NCBI GenBank assembly: GCA_041497895.1
Contig: JBGQHJ010000023.1
Span: 1 to 43,080, forward strand
Reading direction: 5' to 3'
DNA from: Candidatus Methylomirabilia bacterium
GTDB lineage: Bacteria; Methylomirabilota; Methylomirabilia; Rokubacteriales; CSP1-6
Length of the DNA stretch: 43,080 bases
Position 1 is the stretch's first letter; every line of letters starts with the position of its first letter. The translations under genes were made by a program, and so were the position numbers. The notes below the pieces were generated by a model, which did no database searches, was not told the DNA's origin, and worked only from the letters and a program-made list of their open reading frames with translations. Shown one piece after another: positions 20,199 through 27,229 of this stretch.

Positions 20199-21547
20199 CC
20201 CTCGCGTGCCGGCGACAGGAGGGCGGTCAAGCCGCCCAGATCCTTCAGCGTGTCGACCCGATCCGCGACCTCCACCACGGCGCGGGCGCGAGCTGAGCCC
20301 AGCTCGCCAGACGCAAGCGCGATGAACTTGCCCACGATCTCACCGGCGGGCACCGGGTCCTCGAAGTCGCCGCGCACCACACTGGTGACGCCGGTGAACG
20401 CGCGCCCGTCCTTGAGCACGACCTCGACCCGCGCGGTCGGGACGTCGGCGCGACGCGGCGACATCTCCGGGTCCACCCGCACCTCCACGCGTGCCGCGAG
20501 CGCCCGGATGCGCGGGTCGCCCAGCGCCGGCTCCACGAAGGCCGACACGTCCGCGCGCCCGAGAACCAGCGCCGCGGCCACCGCGTACGGGATGGAGAAC
20601 TTGGCGCCCAGCATCGAGGTCGGCGCGGCGCCGGCCATCCGCGGACCGAACGGGATCGTGGTGACGACCACGCGCTCGACCTCATCGGCCCGCAGCTCGC
20701 CGGCGCGCGCCAGCGTGAGCAGCGCGTCCAGCGCGAAGTGGTTGTAGCGGCAGCACGCGTAGAGCTTGAAGTAGTTCTGCTGGATGCGCGGCGGGCCGCC
20801 CAGCCCGTCGAGCGCGCGCTCCGGCTCGAAGCGATCGGCGAGGATCGTGCCGTAGACGTCGCTCGGCGCGTCGGGCAGCCCGGTGAACCCGGCGCGATGG
20901 AGATCGACCGCGAGAATGCCCTCGAGGCCCGAGCGCCCCGGATACGCGTTGCGGATCGTCACGCCCTCGAGCGCGGTCGTCCAGGTGTTGGCCGGGCTCA
21001 TGCTCGCGGAGAGGTTGATCACCGAGCGGATGCCGGCCGCGTCGAGCCCGGCCAGCCTGGCCACCGCCACCGCGGTGCCGATGGTGCCCCACGTGCCGTG
21101 GGAGTGGACGTTCGGCTTCGGCGTGGTCGCGCCGCCGAGCCGGGAGCACACTTCGTAGCCGGCGATGATGCTCTCGAGCAGCCGGCGCCCGTCGGCTCCG
21201 GTGTCCTCCGCCACCGCGAGGGCGGCCGGGACCACGTGGATGGCGGGATGGCCGCCGCCGAGCCGGCTGCCCTCGTCGACCTCGAGCGCGACGCCGGCGG
21301 TGGCGTTGGCGAACGTGGCCAGCAGCGGGTCCACGCGACCGCCGTGCCCGATGAGGGTCGCCCCGGTCCGCGACCGGCGCTCGTGCATGGTTGCCGCGAG
21401 CCGCCGGTTCTCCGGCTGCACGCTACCCGCCACCATCGCCCCGATCGTATCGAGCAGCACCAGGCGCGCCGCCTGGACCGCCTCGTCCGGCAGGCGATCC
21501 AGGCTCACCGCCTCGACGAACTCCGAGAGCCGGTCGAGATAGTCCAT
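20195..21547 (-). CDS. MmgE/PrpD family protein
   Basis: LLDTIGAMVAG, GGHP, GYEV, FKLYACCRYNH, KFSIPYAVA. Confidence 0.92.
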   Translation of the reverse strand: MDYLDRLSEFVEAVSLDRLPDEAVQAARLVLLDTIGAMVAGSVQPENRRLAATMHERRSRTGATLIGHGGRVDPLLATFANATAGVALEVDEGSRLGGGHPAIHVVPAALAVAEDTGADGRRLLESIIAGYEVCSRLGGATTPKPNVHSHGTWGTIGTAVAVARLAGLDAAGIRSVINLSASMSPANTWTTALEGVTIRNAYPGRSGLEGILAVDLHRAGFTGLPDAPSDVYGTILADRFEPERALDGLGGPPRIQQNYFKLYACCRYNHFALDALLTLARAGELRADEVERVVVTTIPFGPRMAGAAPTSMLGAKFSIPYAVAAALVLGRADVSAFVEPALGDPRIRALAARVEVRVDPEMSPRRADVPTARVEVVLKDGRAFTGVTSVVRGDFEDPVPAGEIVGKFIALASGELGSARARAVVEVADRVDTLKDLGGLTALLSPAREG

Positions 21548-21563
21548 GCGGACGGCCGCTCCC

Positions 21564-22997
21564 CTACCCGGCCGTCCCGCCGATGGGCGCCACCGGCCCG
21601 GTGCGCGCGAGGAACTGCCCGTAGCCCGGTTTCTGCTCGAGGCGACCCTGGTTGAGCAACACCTGCCCGCGCAGCACGGTCATCCACGGCCGTCCGCGCG
21701 ACTTCCAGCCCTCGTATAGGGTCCAGCCCGCGACGCCGTGGTGATCGGCTACCTTGATCGTCCCGTCGGAGTCGGGATCGATGATGGTGAGATCGGCGTC
21801 GGCGCCGACGCGGATGGCGCCCTTCCGCGGATAGAGCCCGAAGATCCGGGCCGGATTCTCCGCCATCACCCGGGCAAGCCACGTCACGGGCAGGCCGCGC
21901 TTGACCACGCCCTCGCTCCACATGAGCGGCACCAGCGTCTCGATCGATGGGCTGCCGAACGGGACCGGGTTGCCCTTGCCGTCCACGAAGATGTTCTTCC
22001 AGCCCGGCTCCTTCAGCTCCTTGCGGCGCGGCGAGTGGTCGCTCGCCACGGTGGCGATGTAGCCCTCGCGGCTGCCCCCCCAGAGCGCGTCGCCGTCGCC
22101 GCCCCCGACCGGACGGAGCGGCGGCCCGATCTTGGCGAGCGGGCCCCACGCCTCCATCTCCTTCTCGGTGAGCAGCATGTACTGCGGGCAGGTCTCGGTC
22201 CACACGCGCTGCCCGCGCGCCTGGGCCGTCTTGATCCGCTCGAGGCCGCCCTTGGTCGAGAGATGGACGACGTAGACCGGGCACTTCGTCATCTCGCCGA
22301 TGAGGATGGCGCGGTTGATCGCCTCCTCCTCGGTCCACGGCGGGCAGGTGGCCGGGAAATCGGTGGGCTTCACCTTGCCGGCCGCGATGGACTTGTTCTC
22401 GAGGTGATACAGGATATCGCCGTTCTCGCAGTGGAGCTGGCAGACGCCGCCCAGTGCCGCGATGCGCTCCATGACCTGGGCGATGAACTCGTCCGAGCAC
22501 ATGCGGTTCGGGCGTCTCTTGTAGGTCATGAAGATCTTGTACGACGTCACACCCTGCGCGAACGCTTCGGCCAGCCCATCCAGGATGTAGGGCTGGTTGT
22601 TCAGGATGAAGTGGAAGCCGAAGTCGATCACCGACTGCTGCCCCGCCTCGTCACGTAGCCGCTTCAGGGCCTGGGGCAGCGTCTCGCGGGCCTGGTCGTC
22701 GTACTCCACGAACGAGAGCAGCGTGGTGAGCCCGGCGTGCGCGGCCGCCACCGGTCCGGTGTGCCAGTCGTCGTAGACCGCGCCCAGGTGCACGTGGCAA
22801 TCGATCAGGCCGGGCAGCACGTACTTGCCGGTGGCGTCGATGGTGCGCTCGGCGGCCGGCAGCATCGCTTCCGCTCCCAGCGCCACGATCTTGCCGCCGC
22901 TCACCGCCACCGCGGTCTCGAGGACCTCGGTCGGGGTCACGACGCGCCCGCCGCGAACGATGAGGTCTATCGAAGGGCTCTTCGCGCGAGCGCTCAT
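21564..22997 (-). CDS. Cyclic amidohydrolase (dihydropyrimidinase/hydantoinase-like)
   Basis: PGLIDCHVH, SYKIFMTY, HCENG, VVHLS, ETCPQY, ASDHSP, NPARIFGLYPRKG; ATGA overlap with the carbamoylase stop. Confidence 0.9.
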   Translation of the reverse strand: MSARAKSPSIDLIVRGGRVVTPTEVLETAVAVSGGKIVALGAEAMLPAAERTIDATGKYVLPGLIDCHVHLGAVYDDWHTGPVAAAHAGLTTLLSFVEYDDQARETLPQALKRLRDEAGQQSVIDFGFHFILNNQPYILDGLAEAFAQGVTSYKIFMTYKRRPNRMCSDEFIAQVMERIAALGGVCQLHCENGDILYHLENKSIAAGKVKPTDFPATCPPWTEEEAINRAILIGEMTKCPVYVVHLSTKGGLERIKTAQARGQRVWTETCPQYMLLTEKEMEAWGPLAKIGPPLRPVGGGDGDALWGGSREGYIATVASDHSPRRKELKEPGWKNIFVDGKGNPVPFGSPSIETLVPLMWSEGVVKRGLPVTWLARVMAENPARIFGLYPRKGAIRVGADADLTIIDPDSDGTIKVADHHGVAGWTLYEGWKSRGRPWMTVLRGQVLLNQGRLEQKPGYGQFLARTGPVAPIGGTAG

Positions 22998-23875
22998 CGC
23001 GCGCCCGGTCGCACCGTCGGCTGGGTCAGCAAGCCGTAGTGCTCGGGATGGCGGCGACCCAGGAAGTCCCAGCGCTTGCGCGCGGGCGTCATCTGCTCGA
23101 GGTCGATGCGCGCCGCGATCAGCTCGTCGCCGGTGGTGGCCGCCTTGGCCAGCACCTGGCCCATCGGGTTCACGATGCAGGAGCCGCCGATCAGCTCCAT
23201 GCCGTCCTCGATCCCGGCCTTCGCGATGCCGACCACGAAGAGGTTGTTCTGGTAGGCGCCCGCCCGGAGGCACAGCTCGTTCAGGTCGAGGGCCAGCGGC
23301 GAGAGCGGCGTGTTGTAGCCGATCAGCACGATCTCGGCGCCGAGCAGGCCGAGGCTGCGGTAGGACTCGGGGAAACGCCGGTCCTGGCAGATCGCGATGC
23401 CGACCTTCGCCTTCGCGGTGTCGAACACGCGATAGCCGGTGTCGCCGGACTCGAAGAAGTGGGGCTCGTACACCTGCGCGTGGCCATCGGGCTGCTTGGC
23501 GCCCGGAAGATGGATCTTCCTGAACGTCCCGGCCAGGTGGCCCGCCTCGTCGGTCAGCAGCGCGGTATTGAAGTAGCGGCCCTGGTCCTTCTCGCAGAAG
23601 CCCACGTGGCAGGCGATGCGGGCCTCGCGCGCCCGCTGCAGCAGCGGGGCCAGCGCCTTGGGCGGCATCTCGGTCTCGAAGAACTGGTCGTAGTCGTCCC
23701 GGACGCGCTTGGGGAAGTAGGTGGTCAGCGCCATCTCGGGATAGGCCAGGATCTCGACGTCCTCCGCGACGGCCCGCTCGAGCAGGGCCTGCATCCGCTC
23801 GACGATTTCCTCACGGCTCGTACCCTCGTTGTTCGGGCCCATCTGCGCGGCGGCGACCTTGACGAAGCGTGCCAT
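22994..23875 (-). CDS. N-carbamoyl-D-amino-acid amidohydrolase (D-carbamoylase)-like nitrilase-superfamily enzyme
   Basis: AAAQMGP, YPEMALTTYFP (Glu), FRKIHLPG (Lys), ICQDRRFPE (Cys), GYNTP, RHPEHYG; AAGGAG RBS. Confidence 0.9.
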   Translation of the reverse strand: MARFVKVAAAQMGPNNEGTSREEIVERMQALLERAVAEDVEILAYPEMALTTYFPKRVRDDYDQFFETEMPPKALAPLLQRAREARIACHVGFCEKDQGRYFNTALLTDEAGHLAGTFRKIHLPGAKQPDGHAQVYEPHFFESGDTGYRVFDTAKAKVGIAICQDRRFPESYRSLGLLGAEIVLIGYNTPLSPLALDLNELCLRAGAYQNNLFVVGIAKAGIEDGMELIGGSCIVNPMGQVLAKAATTGDELIAARIDLEQMTPARKRWDFLGRRHPEHYGLLTQPTVRPGAR

Positions 23876-23905
23876 TGCGAGTCTCTCCTTGGTGGTTGGT
23901 CCGGC

Positions 23906-24691
23906 CTAGCCGATGCGCGCTCGCTGGCGGCAGTCCTCGAGCATCTCGATCAGCACCCGGCGGCACTGCTCCCCGTCGGTCACCTCGCGAGGAAAGCTGA
24001 CGCGGCAGCCCTCGAGGCCCTCTCCGGCCCGGACGCGCAGCTTGAAGCCGAGCCGGTCGACCGCGACCATCTCGGCCGCGTCCGCGGCGACGGGGCCCAG
24101 CACGCGCGCGTAGAGGATCAGGGCGTCGGCGTGGTCCCGGTTCATGTGCTCGATGATCCCCGGGCCCGCGTCGGCGAGCGGATCGGGCCGGGCGGTCGCG
24201 TAGCCGTCGACCGCGAGCCAGTCCATGGCCCCGAACCCCCCGACGAAGTAGACGTCGGTCAGGTCGAGGCGCCAGAACGCGAAATCACCGTAGTCGACCC
24301 AGTGCACCGCGTTCGGATGGCGCGCCAGGTATGCCTCCCGGGCCCCGGCCCGGTCGGCGGCCGGCAGGCGCTCGGCCCGGCCCATCAGCGTGACGCGGGC
24401 CATCGCGAGCGGATCCTCGTGCCCGGCCTGGACGACGAGCAGGCTCGCCCGCGGGTCGGCGTCGAGGTTCTGGGTATGCATCGCGAGCCCGCTGATCAGC
24501 ACCAGCGGCCGACCGCGCTCGTCGGGCGCGTAGGGCATCACCGAGACGAACGGGTGGCCCGGATGGCGGCGCGAGAGCGTGCCGAGCGTGCCGGACCGGC
24601 CGAGGTGCACCAGGGTGCGCGCCTGCTCGGCGAAGGTGGGCTCGGGCGGGCTCGGGCCGGCCGGGCGTCCGGAGTGACCGTGGGAGGTCAT
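23906..24691 (-). CDS. HugZ/PNPOx-like split-barrel protein with C-terminal DUF2470-like domain
   Basis: GHPFVSV, ISGLAMHTQNLDADPRASL, ARVTLMG, YFVGGFG, IIEHMNRDHADAL. Confidence 0.9.
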   Translation of the reverse strand: MTSHGHSGRPAGPSPPEPTFAEQARTLVHLGRSGTLGTLSRRHPGHPFVSVMPYAPDERGRPLVLISGLAMHTQNLDADPRASLLVVQAGHEDPLAMARVTLMGRAERLPAADRAGAREAYLARHPNAVHWVDYGDFAFWRLDLTDVYFVGGFGAMDWLAVDGYATARPDPLADAGPGIIEHMNRDHADALILYARVLGPVAADAAEMVAVDRLGFKLRVRAGEGLEGCRVSFPREVTDGEQCRRVLIEMLEDCRQRARIG

Positions 24692-26400
24692 GCGCGGACT
24701 CTATCATCGCCGACGGCGAGCCGCTCGGCCAGCCGGCCCGCGCTCGGGGCCACGAAGACGGCGAGCGGGGCTTCCCGGTTGCGCACCGTGAGCTCGTGGC
24801 GGGCATGGTCGGACACGTCCAGGCCGGCGCGCGCGGCCACCTCCTCGGAGAGCACCAGGTCGCAGGCGTAGTCCTTGGTGAGGGCCTCGAGGCGCGCGGC
24901 CACGTGCACCGTGTCGCCGACCGCGGTGAGGTACGTGGTGGTGGCGTAGCCCATCCGCCCGACCACCGCGGGGCCGGCGTGAATGCCGATGCCGAGGCGC
25001 AGCGGGATCGTCAGGTCATCGGCGAGCGTCCGGCTCAGCTCCTGCACGCGGGCGACCATGGCCGCGGCGGCCCGGATCGCCTGGCGGCAGCCTTCCTCCG
25101 GCCCACTGTCCACGCCGAACAGGGCCATGACGCCGTCGCCGGTGAACTGGTTCACGATGCCACCCGCGTCGGCAATCGCCCCGCCGACCGCCTCGAAGTA
25201 GCGGTTGAGGATGAAGACCACGTCGTACGGCAGCTTCCGCTCGGCGAGCCGCGTGAACCCCCGCAGGTCCGCGAAGAGCACCGCGATCGTCAGCTCGCGG
25301 CCCTCGCGATGGTCGCCGACGCCGATCGCGTCGGCGGGGCCGGCGCCCGCCGGCACGAGCGGCACCACCGCGACGTCGCGGGGCGGCCGCACCTGGCAGG
25401 CCAGGCGCACGTGGGCCGGCGCGCCCACCCGCCGGAGCACGCGCAGCTCCTCGGGGGTCGCGGCGGGCAGGTGCTCCGCGCCGCGGATCACGCGCACGCG
25501 ACAGGTGGAGCAGCGGCCGCGGCCGCCGCAGACGGACGCGTGCGGGATGCCGGCGAAGCGGCTCGCCTCGAGGATGGTGAACCCGGCGGGGACCAGCACC
25601 TCGCGGCCCCCGGGATAGGTCACCCGGACCCCCTGCCGGCGGCGCATGCGCTCGCGCGCGCCTCGGGCCGCCAGCACGAGCCCGATCATCCCCAGGTGCC
25701 CCCAGAAGACGCTCCGCGAGACCCGCCCGAGCACCACGCGCTGCGCGGGGCTCGGCAGCTGCGCGGCCGCGAGCACGCGGGGCACGAAGGCGGGGTCCTC
25801 CGCCAGCCGGGTGATCTCGCGGCCCGCCTCGGCGAAGCCCAGCAGCGCCAGCACCGGCAGGAGCAGGAAACCGCTGTAGATCGCGCGGGCGTACCGCGGG
25901 TACCACGGGCGCAGGCGGAGCCAGAAGTGTAGGCCCACGCAGCCGTGCAGCCACGCGATGACGAGCGCGGTGGCCTGGCGCAGTCCCGACGCCGGATCGA
26001 GCTTCCAGAGCGAGAGCACCACGAGGCTGTAGGTGTCTCGCGTGCCCGCGACCTCGTGCGCCAGCCGCGTGCCCACGACGTGCCAGACCAGGAGCAGCGG
26101 GATGGTCAGGCCGAGGGAGAGCTGCAGGGCCTCCCACCCCGGCATGCGCAGCGTGCGCCGGCGGTAGAGCGACCAGTAGGCGAGGGAGAGGTGGACGACG
26201 AGCGCGGTGTAGAGGGCGAGCGTCCCGAGGTAGCTGCGCCAGAGCAGGACGAACCATTCGCGCCCGGCCAGCATCGCGTCGATGGAGACGAGGCCGAGCG
26301 CGTGGTTCAGGAAGTGAGTGGTGAGGTACGTGAACAGCACGAGGCCCAACCAGAGGCGGGTCTGTCGAACGACGGCCGCCCCCGATCGGGCCGCGGGCAT
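24688..26400 (-). CDS. Membrane-bound class III nucleotide cyclase with His-rich (heme-b-type) TM domain and 2Fe-2S ferredoxin domain (CyaC-like architecture)
   Basis: TM His residues (THFLNH, VHL, WHV, WLHGCVGLH); CGGRGRCSTC...RLACQ; FADLRGFT, GDG, GIGIHAG, GDTVHVAARLE. Confidence 0.9.
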   Translation of the reverse strand: MPAARSGAAVVRQTRLWLGLVLFTYLTTHFLNHALGLVSIDAMLAGREWFVLLWRSYLGTLALYTALVVHLSLAYWSLYRRRTLRMPGWEALQLSLGLTIPLLLVWHVVGTRLAHEVAGTRDTYSLVVLSLWKLDPASGLRQATALVIAWLHGCVGLHFWLRLRPWYPRYARAIYSGFLLLPVLALLGFAEAGREITRLAEDPAFVPRVLAAAQLPSPAQRVVLGRVSRSVFWGHLGMIGLVLAARGARERMRRRQGVRVTYPGGREVLVPAGFTILEASRFAGIPHASVCGGRGRCSTCRVRVIRGAEHLPAATPEELRVLRRVGAPAHVRLACQVRPPRDVAVVPLVPAGAGPADAIGVGDHREGRELTIAVLFADLRGFTRLAERKLPYDVVFILNRYFEAVGGAIADAGGIVNQFTGDGVMALFGVDSGPEEGCRQAIRAAAAMVARVQELSRTLADDLTIPLRLGIGIHAGPAVVGRMGYATTTYLTAVGDTVHVAARLEALTKDYACDLVLSEEVAARAGLDVSDHARHELTVRNREAPLAVFVAPSAGRLAERLAVGDDRVRA

Positions 26401-26415
26401 GAAGCGGTCGACGCC

Positions 26416-27216
26416 CTACAGCTTAGTCCGGCCGCTCAGCTTGTCCAGGAAGCCGCCGAGCGCCCGGTTGAACTCCTCCGGCTGCTCGACGTTCGACAGG
26501 TGCGACGCGCGACACAGCACCGCCAGCTCGGCGACCGGCAGCGCCGCCTGGATGTCGCGGGCCATGTCGACCGGCGTTCCCGGGTCCTCCTCGCCGACGA
26601 TCACGAGCGCCGGGCAGCGGACGTCGCGCAGGCGCTCGGTGACGTTGATCTTGGGCAGCGCGTGGCAGCAGCCGACGTAGCCCGCGGTGGGCGTGCTGCG
26701 GATCATGGCGCCGACCTTACCCATCAGGTCCTTCCGGCGCGCCCGGAAGGGCGCGGTGAACCACCGCTCGAGCGTGGGCGCCACCATGGGCTCCATGCCC
26801 TTGGCCCCGACCGTCTTGATGCGCTCCTCCCAGACCGCGGCCGCGCCCTGGGGGTAGCGGCTCGTGGTGTCGCAGAGCACGAGGCTCTGGACCATGGCCG
26901 GGTGCTTGAGCGCGAAGACCTGCCCGATCATGCCGCCCATCGAGAGCCCGACGAAGTGGGTGGCCGCGATGCCGAGCCCGTCGAGCAGACCCTTCAGGTC
27001 GTCCGCGAGCTGATCGAGGGTGTAGGCCCCGGCGGGTGCGGCGGTCTGCCCGTGGCCGCGTGTGTCGTAGCGGAGCACGCGGTAGCGACCGCGGAGGGCG
27101 CGCACCTGCTCGTCCCACATGGAGAGGTTGCAGGCCAGCGAGTGGCTGAAGGTCACCACCGGGCCCTCGCCCTCGATCTCGTAGTTGATCTCGATGCCGT
27201 TGGCGTTGAGCTTCAT
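26416..27216 (-). CDS. pcaD: 3-oxoadipate enol-lactonase-like alpha/beta hydrolase
   Basis: GGAGGA RBS, ATG 27216 (MKLNANGIEINY); SHSL, YDTRGHG, GLSMGG, HLSNVEQP. Confidence 0.87.
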   Translation of the reverse strand: MKLNANGIEINYEIEGEGPVVTFSHSLACNLSMWDEQVRALRGRYRVLRYDTRGHGQTAAPAGAYTLDQLADDLKGLLDGLGIAATHFVGLSMGGMIGQVFALKHPAMVQSLVLCDTTSRYPQGAAAVWEERIKTVGAKGMEPMVAPTLERWFTAPFRARRKDLMGKVGAMIRSTPTAGYVGCCHALPKINVTERLRDVRCPALVIVGEEDPGTPVDMARDIQAALPVAELAVLCRASHLSNVEQPEEFNRALGGFLDKLSGRTKL

Positions 27217-27229
27217 GTCTCTCCTCCGG

